A DNA stretch of 58,979 bases from Candidatus Cloacimonadota bacterium. Lineage in GTDB: Bacteria > Cloacimonadota > Cloacimonadia > Cloacimonadales > TCS61. Positions 11,372 to 19,495 of this stretch are shown here, piece after piece (the stretch's first letter is position 1; the number at the start of each line of letters is the position of its first letter). Below the pieces are notes generated by a model, which was not told the origin of the DNA, ran no database searches, and saw only the letters and a program-made list of their open reading frames with translations. Both the position numbers and the translations under genes were made by a program. The stretch covers positions 1 to 58,979 of the forward strand of contig JAGYMQ010000090.1 of NCBI GenBank assembly GCA_018400535.1. Direction: 5' to 3'.

Positions 11372-11590
11372 ATGGCAAAAGAAGGCGTAATTGAAGTAGA
11401 AGGTGAAGTACTCGAAGCATTACCCAATATGACGTTCAAGGTGCAGCTGGAAAATGGGCACGAGATCTTGGCTCATAGTTCCGGGAAAATAAGAATGCAC
11501 TATATTAAGATCTTACCTGGCGATAAAGTGAAAGTGGAATTATCTCCCTATGATCTTAATCGCGGAAGAATTGTTTATCGTTATAAATAG
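11372..11590 (+). CDS. infA: Translation initiation factor IF-1
   Basis: 72 aa with [41 protein letters not shown]. Confidence 0.97.
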   Translation: MAKEGVIEVEGEVLEALPNMTFKVQLENGHEILAHSSGKIRMHYIKILPGDKVKVELSPYDLNRGRIVYRYK

Positions 11591-11600
11591 GAGTGAAAAA

Positions 11601-11717
11601 ATGAAAGTCCAGGCATCTGTAAAAAAAATCTGTAAAGATTGTAAGATAATCAAAAGAAAAGGCGTGATCAGAGTTATTTGCTCTGCCAATCCAAAACATA
11701 AACAACGTCAAGGTTGA
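11601..11717 (+). CDS. rpmJ: 50S ribosomal protein L36 (zinc-binding form)
   Basis: Not in the ORF track. The ATG at 11601 gives [38 protein letters not shown] and a TGA stop at 11715-11717. GGAG lies upstream. It sits in the canonical infA-rpmJ-rpsM position. Confidence 0.93.
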   Translation: MKVQASVKKICKDCKIIKRKGVIRVICSANPKHKQRQG

Positions 11718-11729
11718 TAGGAGGTTTAG

Positions 11730-12077
11730 TTGGCACATATAGCAGGAATTGATTTACCAAAAGATAAACGAATAGTCATCGGTTTGACTTATATCTTTGG
11801 GTTGGGTAAATCTTTGGCACAAGAGATCCTGAAAAAAGCAGGAGTCGAAGAGAATATCAAGGTGAAAGATCTTTCAATGGAACAGGAAAAAGCGCTGCGT
11901 GAGATCATCCAAAATGATTATATTGTCGAAGGCGAATTGAGAACACAAAGAACTTTGGACATCAAACGTTTAATGGAAATTGACTGTTATCGCGGTATCA
12001 GACATAAAAAAAGTATGCCCGTTCGCGGTCAACGCACTCATACAAATGCGAAAACCAGACGTAAACGCCGTCGCTAA
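11730..12077 (+). CDS. rpsM: 30S ribosomal protein S13
   Basis: 115 aa. TTG start. [13 protein letters not shown] and CYRGIRH. Confidence 0.96.
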   Translation: MAHIAGIDLPKDKRIVIGLTYIFGLGKSLAQEILKKAGVEENIKVKDLSMEQEKALREIIQNDYIVEGELRTQRTLDIKRLMEIDCYRGIRHKKSMPVRGQRTHTNAKTRRKRRR

Positions 12078-12100
12078 GATAAAAAGACAGGAGAATATCA

Positions 12101-12514
12101 GTGGCAAAAAAAATTAGAAAAAATACAAAAGCAAGAGCCAGAATCAAGAAAAAGAAAATCCGTGTTTCTTTTAATGAAGCAGTTGCTACGATCCATTCAA
12201 GCTTCAATAATACTGTGGTTTCTTTGACAGACAAAGCTGGCAACGTGCTGACCTGGTCAAGTGGTGGAAAGATCGGTTATAAAGGTTCAAAAAAGAGCAC
12301 GCCCTTTGCTGCTCAACTGGCAGCAGAAGAAGTAGCAAAAGCTGCTTTGGAAATGGGAATTAATAAAGTGCAGGTGAAAGTCAAAGGCCCAGGTGGCGGT
12401 AGAGAATCTGCAATTCGATCTCTGAATGCCAATGGACTCGAAGTAACAATGATACAGGATACCACACCATTACCACACAATGGTTGCAGACCAAGAAAAG
12501 CTAGGAGAATTTAA
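12101..12514 (+). CDS. rpsK: 30S ribosomal protein S11
   Basis: 137 aa. GTG start. [16 protein letters not shown] and [13 protein letters not shown]. Confidence 0.96.
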   Translation: MAKKIRKNTKARARIKKKKIRVSFNEAVATIHSSFNNTVVSLTDKAGNVLTWSSGGKIGYKGSKKSTPFAAQLAAEEVAKAALEMGINKVQVKVKGPGGGRESAIRSLNANGLEVTMIQDTTPLPHNGCRPRKARRI

Positions 12515-12518
12515 CATT

Positions 12519-13154
12519 ATGGCAAGATATACAGGACCATCATGCAAACTTTGTAGAAGAGAAGGAAAAAAACTTTTCCTAAAAGGTGCACGCTGCAGTT
12601 CTCAAAAATGTGCTATGGAAAAAAGACCAAATATTCCAGGTGAACACGGAAGTGGAAAAGGCTTTCGAAAACGGTTGAGCGATTATGGAGTTCACCTTCG
12701 TGAAAAACAAAAAGTGCGTAGAATTTATGGTGTTTTAGAAAAGCAATTCCGCCGATATTTTGCTATCGCTGCCAAAAAATCTGGAGTTACTGGTGACAAT
12801 CTTTTACAATTATTGGAAACCCGACTGGACAATGTTGTCTATCGCATGGGCTTTGCTCCATCTCGAAAGGCAGCTCGTCAAATCGTGCGACATGGTCATA
12901 TCTGCGTGAATGAGAAAAAAGTCGATATTCCTTCCTATCAGGTGAGAGCGGAAGATGAAATATCAGTCAAAGAAAATAAACAGCAGATACCTTTGATCCA
13001 AGAAGCATTGGAAGCAGCCACAGAAATTGATGCGATTGAATGGTTTCAAGTAGATAAAGATCATTTGAGCGGCAAGATTCTGAATATTCCAAAGCGTGAT
13101 CAAATTCCGCTGGATGTCGATGAAAGACTCATCGTTGAGTATTATAGTAAGTAA
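12519..13154 (+). CDS. rpsD: 30S ribosomal protein S4
   Basis: The track ORF is 12480-13154. I chose the ATG at 12519 (MARYTGPSCKLCRREG) to avoid overlap with rpsK. Confidence 0.94.
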   Translation: MARYTGPSCKLCRREGKKLFLKGARCSSQKCAMEKRPNIPGEHGSGKGFRKRLSDYGVHLREKQKVRRIYGVLEKQFRRYFAIAAKKSGVTGDNLLQLLETRLDNVVYRMGFAPSRKAARQIVRHGHICVNEKKVDIPSYQVRAEDEISVKENKQQIPLIQEALEAATEIDAIEWFQVDKDHLSGKILNIPKRDQIPLDVDERLIVEYYSK

Positions 13155-13166
13155 AAGGAGATTGAA

Positions 13167-14180
13167 ATGAAATTTCTTGAACCTTTACAATTACCTGAAA
13201 AAGTTCAAGTGGATGAAGAAACGTATTCTTCTACAAAAGGACAATTTGAGATCGGACCGTTAGAACCAGGCTTTGCTATCACGGTCGGCAACACGTTCAG
13301 AAGAGTTTTGCTCTCTTCGATCCAGGGCGCTGCTGTGCGCTTTGTGAAAATCGAAGGCTTGCATCATGAATTCACGCCGATACCAGGTTCCGATTCCGAT
13401 TTTATAGATCTTATCCTTCGCCTAAAACAGCTTGTGATCAAAACAGAATCCATTAATGAAAAGAAAATGGTTCTCGAACATAAGGGAATTGGAAAAATTA
13501 CAGCAGCCGAGATCGAAGATAATGAAGAATTTCAGGTCATAAACAAAGATCTGGTTTTATTGGAAATGACAGAGGATGTGGAATTTCGAATGGAAATTTG
13601 GATCGGAAGTGGAAGAGGATATGAATCAGCTGAAAATCATGATCTCGAAGATAAACCAGTTGGTGCTGTTCCAATCGATTCGATCTATTCTCCTGTCAAA
13701 GAGGTTAGATATTCAGTGGAAAATCAGCGTGTGGGAGAAAGGATCGATTATGATAAATTGATCTTGGAAATGACAACCGATGGCAGCATCGATCCAAAAG
13801 ATGCTCTCTATCTTTCAGCAAAGATTTTACGCGACCTTTATGACAAGATCGTTCTTTTTGAAACAGAACCAGAATACATCGAAGAGATCGAGATGGATCC
13901 TGAACTGGAAAATCTGGAAAAGATCCTCGACAGCAGCGTGCATGAGCTTGAACTTTCGGTGAGATGTAGCAATTGTCTTTCTACTGCAAACATTGATAAG
14001 ATCGGAGAATTGGTTTCCAAGACAGATAATGAAATGTTGAAATTTCGTAATTTTGGAAAAAAATCTTTAGAAGAGATAAAAATGTTGCTATCCAAATATG
14101 ATCTTTCGCTGGGTATGGATGTGAAAGGACTCAGAAAAAAGATCGAAGATGCAAAAAATCAAGTGATTATCAAAAAATAA
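13167..14180 (+). CDS. rpoA: DNA-directed RNA polymerase subunit alpha
   Basis: 337 aa. GFAITVGNTFRRVLLSSIQG in the N-terminal domain and ELSVRCSNCL in the C-terminal domain. Confidence 0.97.
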   Translation: MKFLEPLQLPEKVQVDEETYSSTKGQFEIGPLEPGFAITVGNTFRRVLLSSIQGAAVRFVKIEGLHHEFTPIPGSDSDFIDLILRLKQLVIKTESINEKKMVLEHKGIGKITAAEIEDNEEFQVINKDLVLLEMTEDVEFRMEIWIGSGRGYESAENHDLEDKPVGAVPIDSIYSPVKEVRYSVENQRVGERIDYDKLILEMTTDGSIDPKDALYLSAKILRDLYDKIVLFETEPEYIEEIEMDPELENLEKILDSSVHELELSVRCSNCLSTANIDKIGELVSKTDNEMLKFRNFGKKSLEEIKMLLSKYDLSLGMDVKGLRKKIEDAKNQVIIKK

Positions 14181-14191
14181 GGAATGACATT

Positions 14192-14578
14192 ATGAGACAC
14201 AGAGTGAAAGGAAGAAAATTCGGAAGAGAAAAAGGACACCGTGACCTGATGATGAAAAATCTGGTTAAATCACTGGTCGAGCACGGCAGGATCAATACCA
14301 CGCAAGCAAAAGCAAAAGAATTGCGCGGCTTGGCTGAAAGGATTATTACTTATGGGAAAAAAGGAACTGTGCATCATCGAAATCTGGCTTATAAATTCCT
14401 GCAAAATAGAACATTAGTAAAAAAAGTCTTCGATGAGATCGCTCCAAAATTCAAAGACGTTGAAGGTGGCTATACACGCGTGATCAAAAATGGTTACCGA
14501 AAAGGTGACTGCGCTCCAATGGCGATCATCGAATTCGTCGGCCACAGTATTGAAAAAGAAAACAAAGCAAAAAAATAG
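14192..14578 (+). CDS. rplQ: 50S ribosomal protein L17
   Basis: 128 aa with MRHRVKGRKFGREKGHR. Confidence 0.96.
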   Translation: MRHRVKGRKFGREKGHRDLMMKNLVKSLVEHGRINTTQAKAKELRGLAERIITYGKKGTVHHRNLAYKFLQNRTLVKKVFDEIAPKFKDVEGGYTRVIKNGYRKGDCAPMAIIEFVGHSIEKENKAKK

Positions 14579-14591
14579 AGAAAACCTCCTC

Positions 14592-14625
14592 AAACCCTGT
14601 CTTTAATGACGGGGTTTCTTTTTTT
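14592..14625 (+). terminator. Intrinsic terminator 1 after rplQ
   Basis: AAACCCTGTC (14592-14601) pairs with GACGGGGTTT (14608-14617) with one mismatch. A T-rich run follows, ending at 14625. Confidence 0.7.
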
Positions 14626-14652
14626 ACGCTCTTGTTTAAGAGCGTTTTTTTT
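14626..14652 (+). terminator. Intrinsic terminator 2 (tandem)
   Basis: Perfect 8-bp stem ACGCTCTT/AAGAGCGT with loop GTTT, followed by a T7 run. Confidence 0.8.
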
Positions 14653-14720
14653 ATAAAAAAATAATCGACAAATATTACTGTATTTTTCTCCAAAAAAGAA
14701 ATCTAAAATATGGAGCGAAT

Positions 14721-16055
14721 ATGAAAAAATTGAATTTCCATAAAATTCTGCATTTATTGGAAAACAAAAAATTTATCTCCCTATCCAAAATTCTGAATAG
14801 ATCCCATCCTGCTGACATTGCTGAGATCATAAATGAGCTACCAGAAGAATTGCAGATCAGAGTATTTAAATTGTTAGGTCTGGAAAATTCTGCTGGTGTT
14901 TTATCTGAAGTTCGTGAAGAAGTTCTGAAAAATATTTTGAAAAATACCAATAAAAAACGGCTGTTTTCAATACTTAATGAATTGGAATCGGACGAAGCGA
15001 CAGATATTGCTTCAGAATTGGAAGAAGACTTGCTGAAAGAAATATTGGAAAATATCGACGAAAAAGATTCGCAGGAGATCAAACAGCTGCTCGTTTATGA
15101 TGAAGATTCGGCCGGCGGCATCATGCAGAAAGAGATCATTTCTGTCGAAAAAGAAATGCTGCGTGATGAGATGATCACTCATATTCGTGAAAATTATCAA
15201 GATGTGGGAAATCTTTATTATGTTTTTGTAGTCGATTCAGAGAATAAATTGATCGGAATTTTGGAAGTTTCCAAGCTCTTACTTTGTAAAGCAGAAAAAA
15301 GAGCAAGTGATCTCATGGAAAAAGATGTTATCTTTGCTTATGTTGATCAAGACCAGGAAGAGGTGGCAAATATTTTCCGTAAATATGATATTTACATTTT
15401 ACCAGTCGTGGATCGGAAAGAGCATTTATTAGGTAGGATAACGGTTGATGATATCATCGATGTGATCGATGAAGAAGCTTCTGAAGATGCATATAAAATG
15501 GTTGGGCTGGACAATGAAGATAAGGTTTTCACCAGTCCTTTCAGTTCTGTGCGCAGAAGATTGCCCTGGCTGGTTTTGAATCTTTTCACCGCTCTGCTGG
15601 TTTCCAGCGTGGTAGGAATCTTTGAAGAGACAATTGCAGAACTATCATTTCTCGCTGTTCTAATGCCGATCGTTGCAGGGTTGGGTGGTAATTCAGGAAC
15701 TCAAACTCTGACAGTTATCACGCGCGGAATTGCTTTGGGTGAACTAACGATCCATAACACTTCGCGTGCGATTCTTAAAGAGATAACAGTTGGCGTGATC
15801 AATGGCTTGATGATCGGTTTGGCCGCGATGATTATCGCTTATTATCTGAAAGGGAATTTATGGTTAGGAGCGGTGCTCGGAATCTCGATGATCTGTAATA
15901 TGTTTATTGCTGGATTAGTTGGCTCGCTCATTCCGGTTTTAATGAAAACGCTCAAGATCGACCCAGCGCTTGCTTCCAGCGTGATCATCACAATGCTGAC
16001 CGATATCGGTGGATTTGCGTCTTTTCTAGGATTAGCAACGATTATTCTACTATAG
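14721..16055 (+). CDS. mgtE: Magnesium transporter MgtE
   Basis: 444 aa. Acidic MgtE N-domain, CBS pair and C-terminal 5-TM domain with GNSGTQT and TDIGGF motifs. GGAG RBS. Confidence 0.93.
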   Translation: MKKLNFHKILHLLENKKFISLSKILNRSHPADIAEIINELPEELQIRVFKLLGLENSAGVLSEVREEVLKNILKNTNKKRLFSILNELESDEATDIASELEEDLLKEILENIDEKDSQEIKQLLVYDEDSAGGIMQKEIISVEKEMLRDEMITHIRENYQDVGNLYYVFVVDSENKLIGILEVSKLLLCKAEKRASDLMEKDVIFAYVDQDQEEVANIFRKYDIYILPVVDRKEHLLGRITVDDIIDVIDEEASEDAYKMVGLDNEDKVFTSPFSSVRRRLPWLVLNLFTALLVSSVVGIFEETIAELSFLAVLMPIVAGLGGNSGTQTLTVITRGIALGELTIHNTSRAILKEITVGVINGLMIGLAAMIIAYYLKGNLWLGAVLGISMICNMFIAGLVGSLIPVLMKTLKIDPALASSVIITMLTDIGGFASFLGLATIILL

Positions 16056-16075
16056 ATTTCAGAAAGAAAGTTTTG

Positions 16076-17488
16076 CTATTTTTCGATAGGAAGTTCCATT
16101 TTTTGCCAACCGTAAAATCCATCTTCCAAATTATAAACTTCTTCGAAATCCAATTCTCGCATTATCTCAGCAGCTTTTGCGCTGCGAATGCCTTTTTGAC
16201 AATAGACCAGATATATCTTTTTTCGGTCCAAAAGATCGATGATATGTTTGAATTTTTTCTTTTGGACATCGATATTTTTTGCTTTGGGCAAATGACCTTC
16301 AGCAAATTCGGAATCGGAACGAACATCCAAGATAAATAATCTCCCATTTTCCAAATATTCATTATACAATTCTTGTCCTTGCTCTAAAGAGATATTTTTG
16401 GATAAAAAAACGGTGCTTCTTTTCTTTGGGGGAAAAATTACCAGACCATTTACCTGCAGCTTGATGATGCTGTTTTGTGGATCATTGGAGATCACGTCTA
16501 TCTCTGTCCTGATCGTGTTGATCTTCTTCGGATTCGTTTGCAAATGGATCTTGCCTTGTTTTCCACTGACTAAAAGACTATCGAAAGAGACCAGCTTGAC
16601 GCGTGGGTTGTTCAATTGTACATTATGAATGCGAAGAGGTTTTTTCCCACGATTTTCGAAATGGAATTCCACTTTTCCCACCTGTCCAATTTCGATCTTA
16701 CCAAAATCTGCTTTTTTGTTTTGAAAAACAATCTGTGGTGCTTTTTGGAGTTGCTCTGGGGTCAGCTGGGAAAAATCTTGTTTCACATTTGCCCTGACCT
16801 GAAGATAGCCTGTCGTTACGCCAGCTTGATCTTCAAAATTAAATCTTATCAGATCATTCGTATTGCCGAAAAGAACCCGTTTTTTCGTATCGAAACAAAC
16901 AGTGATCGAATCAAGTTTCCCAGCTGCAATGTTCTGATCTCCAAAAGAAAAATCGATGTATGATGGTTTTGAAATAACAGCTATTTTGACATTTTCAGCC
17001 GAAGAATTTTTTATCTTGAAAGTTACACACTCTTTTTGTGGAAAGAAAATATCACCAAAATTTATAACGCGTTCCTCACTGCTCAAAGTTCCTAAACGGT
17101 GTCGCAATTTTCCAGGCGTTGGAATGACATTTCCTTCCAAATAAAGCTGGTCTATGCGTCCTGAATTTTCCCAATAAATTCTTGTTTTTTTTCGAAATTT
17201 ACCCGGTCGATTATTGGATTTGTATGCTGTTTCCACATAACCAGAATCGCCAGGTGTGATGATCTCGGTTGACCAACCGACCGCTGTGCAGCCTCAACCT
17301 GGAGTAACTTTCAAGATTTTGACGCTTGTTTCTCCATAATTATAGAATTTGAAACGATATTTGTGTGGTCCTTCTTCTTCTTTGATCTCACCAAGATCAT
17401 ACATCTTTTTTTCAAATTTGACATTGACCTCAGCAAAGATCGTTAGAGCAAATAAAAAAAACAGTATTAACGATAATATTTTTTTCAT
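16076..17488 (-). CDS. Secreted DUF1573-repeat / rhodanese fusion protein with one in-frame TGA at 17296-17294. Either a candidate selenoprotein or a disrupted gene.
   Basis: Track ORFs 17488-17294 and 17236-16076 are in one frame (1413 nt) with a single TGA between them and no other stop. Read-through gives ...ILKVTPG-[TGA]-GCTAVGWSTEIITPGDSGY..., the DUF1573 CGCT motif position. Signal peptide MKKILSLILFFLFALTIFA. C-terminal rhodanese domain with the YCQKGIRS loop. Confidence 0.7.
17265..17280 (-). promoter_or_regulatory. SECIS-like hairpin downstream of the in-frame UGA
   Basis: On the minus-strand RNA: UGA, then 13 nt, then UCGGUU-GGUC-AACCGA. This is a 6-bp stem with a GGUC apical loop at +23 to +26 from the U of UGA. 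Confidence 0.5.
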
Positions 17489-17648
17489 ATAATGTTCCTT
17501 TTCGCTTGATTGCGTTCATCGAGAAGAGAACAAAATCTATGTCAAGCAGGAATACAGATTTTCCTGATCTTCAAATCGATTTTTATATTGACATTAATGA
17601 TAATACATGATGAAAAGCAAAAAATATTTTTCCTGAAATTGAGGTGAT

Positions 17649-18203
17649 ATGTTAGAAACAATAAACGATGAATTGAAAAGATTGCGTAATATTTTCCAAA
17701 AAATGGATTTCCTTTCAGCGTGCAAATATTTCTGGTTTTTAGTCTATAAGACGCTACGACCAAAAAGTCACAAATTCGAATTAACCAGAGAACGTTTGCT
17801 GCAAAGATCTGAACGTGAGGATTTCCAGATCAAGATAATAAATTCTTTTGCAGAACTTTCTAAGGAACAATTACAAATCTTGCAAGAAGAGATGCTCTAT
17901 AATACGATCTATGATCTAAAAAATTATTTTACAGAAAAGGAAGTGATGTGGCTGGGTTTTTATCAAGAAAAATTAGCAAGCTACACTTTCATTTTATTAG
18001 ACAAACAGAAAAAAGAAGCGTTGTTATCTCATTCAGAGACTTTTGCCAGATATCGCGGGAAAGGATTATCTCCATTGTTATTATATCTAATTTGTAAATA
18101 TTATTTCGAGAATGGTTACAAAAAAATCTTTTCGATAGTTCATTTTAGCAATAAACAAAGTATCAAAGTCAAAGAGAAATTGGGATTTAAAAAATTGTAT
18201 TGA
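17649..18203 (+). CDS. GNAT-family N-acetyltransferase
   Basis: 184 aa. The acetyl-CoA loop-like ARYRGKGLSPLLL is followed by a beta-bulge region. GAGG RBS. Confidence 0.65.
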   Translation: MLETINDELKRLRNIFQKMDFLSACKYFWFLVYKTLRPKSHKFELTRERLLQRSEREDFQIKIINSFAELSKEQLQILQEEMLYNTIYDLKNYFTEKEVMWLGFYQEKLASYTFILLDKQKKEALLSHSETFARYRGKGLSPLLLYLICKYYFENGYKKIFSIVHFSNKQSIKVKEKLGFKKLY

Positions 18204-18210
18204 GCTTTTT

Positions 18211-19263
18211 TCAGGTAAATGGTTGCGGCGTCGTTTTCTCAATTATTTTGAAAAGGAATGTATCCCAAAGCGATTTTCCGACTTTCCTGCTTTTTGTTGC
18301 ACGAAAAGAAAATTCTTCTATCATACCTAGACCAGCAAGCAAAGACAATTCCACATAATTCACACCAGCAGAGAAATGATAGAGAGTCGAAGCGGGAAAC
18401 CGTAGATTCATTTCCAAAAAGTTAAAAGAATTATCTTCTGCAGCATTTCTGATATCAAATAGTCCAGGACCATTATATTTAAATTCCGACACAATTTTTT
18501 CACAATATTTCATAACTTCAGGGATTTTGACAAAACTACGAAATCCACGATTTTCCATAAAGCACATTGACCAGGCTTGCAGTTTACCTTTGGTAGCAAA
18601 AACGAAAACCTGTAAATCTTTTCCTGGCAGATATTTTTGGATCAATAACGGCGTTTTTGTTAAATCAAGTTTAGCATTATCCAAATAAGATATTAGATCG
18701 TTTTTTTTTTGGAAAACGTGAATTCCGAATCCACCCGCACGGTCTAAAGGCTTTATGATAATTGGAAAAGAAATATCAAGCTCGCTCAGTAATTCGCGCT
18801 TGTTTAGCAATCTGGTTTTTGGTTGGGGAATTTCCAGATCATCCATTAAATTTGCGAAGTTCCATTTATTATTGAGGAAGCGTAATTTTTCTTCAGATAA
18901 AAAAGGAGCAATATTAATGTTCTCATCCAATTTATCTGAATAGCGCGAGAGCGGTAATATTACGGTGAAATCGATCGGTAAAACGACATCAATCTGATTT
19001 TCTGAACAAACTTGATTCAAAAGAAGGATGAATTTTTCGGAAAAGGAAGAAATAGTGGGACTATAATCATATCCCATTTTTTTTGCGTTGTAACTGATAT
19101 ATTTTTTAAAAAAAATTTTTTTTCTTAATAGGAAAGAACGAGCATTTGGTCCCAAAATATATGGTTTGATCTTCATTTTGTTCAATATCCGCAAAATCCC
19201 AAATGATAATTCCAGATTCGCGGTTATCAATAAAATATTTTTTTCTTTAAGAATTTGCTGCAT
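18211..19263 (-). CDS. ATP-grasp domain protein (carboxylate-amine ligase-like)
   Basis: 350 aa. FPIIIKPLDRAGGFGI and FLEMNLRF (E-x-N-x-R) are ATP-grasp hallmarks. AGGAGA RBS. Confidence 0.7.
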   Translation of the reverse strand: MQQILKEKNILLITANLELSFGILRILNKMKIKPYILGPNARSFLLRKKIFFKKYISYNAKKMGYDYSPTISSFSEKFILLLNQVCSENQIDVVLPIDFTVILPLSRYSDKLDENINIAPFLSEEKLRFLNNKWNFANLMDDLEIPQPKTRLLNKRELLSELDISFPIIIKPLDRAGGFGIHVFQKKNDLISYLDNAKLDLTKTPLLIQKYLPGKDLQVFVFATKGKLQAWSMCFMENRGFRSFVKIPEVMKYCEKIVSEFKYNGPGLFDIRNAAEDNSFNFLEMNLRFPASTLYHFSAGVNYVELSLLAGLGMIEEFSFRATKSRKVGKSLWDTFLFKIIEKTTPQPFT

Positions 19264-19495
19264 ATGCTCTCCTGCTATTTTTTTTTCAGAAAAAATAAAA
19301 CTATCATAGATGGCAATTTAGAGTCAAGTTTTTTGAATATTTTACCATAAAAAGTGAAATTGTGTATAGATTGAGAATATGATTTTTTCAACAAAAGAAT
19401 GTTTATTCCAAGCAGAAAAAAATTTTTTGTTGTCAAAAAAATAACGATTTATAAGTTACACACGAAAAAGAAAAAATTAATGTGCGAGGTAACAG

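Noticed and set aside
973-12518. The longest-ORF starts given by the track for rplD (973), rplR (7410) and rpsD (12480).
   Set aside because: The extra N-terminal residues overlap the preceding gene and do not match the conserved family N-termini. Internal ATGs at 1039, 7497 and 12519 restore the canonical starts.
354-14095. Many 60-160-aa antisense or off-frame ORFs in the track across the ribosomal-protein cluster (for example 354-614, 816-1133, 1173-1514, 3604-4011, 8544-8969, 9667-10152).
   Set aside because: Each lies wholly inside a well-supported conserved gene on the other strand or frame, and each has low-complexity or hydrophobic nonsense composition. They are shadow ORFs.
16073-17144. 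Plus-strand ORFs (16073-16339, 16398-16628, 16616-16963, 16956-17144) opposite the DUF1573-rhodanese gene.
   Set aside because: They are shadow ORFs of a clearly coding minus-strand gene. They have no RBS or recognisable domains.
17294-17296. The idea that the in-frame TGA reflects genome-wide UGA reassignment (genetic code 4 or 25).
   Set aside because: TGA terminates conserved genes at their expected ends in this window (rplD, rpmJ, rbfA, recX, the C-N hydrolase). UGA is therefore a normal stop here. Sec recoding or a lesion are the remaining options.
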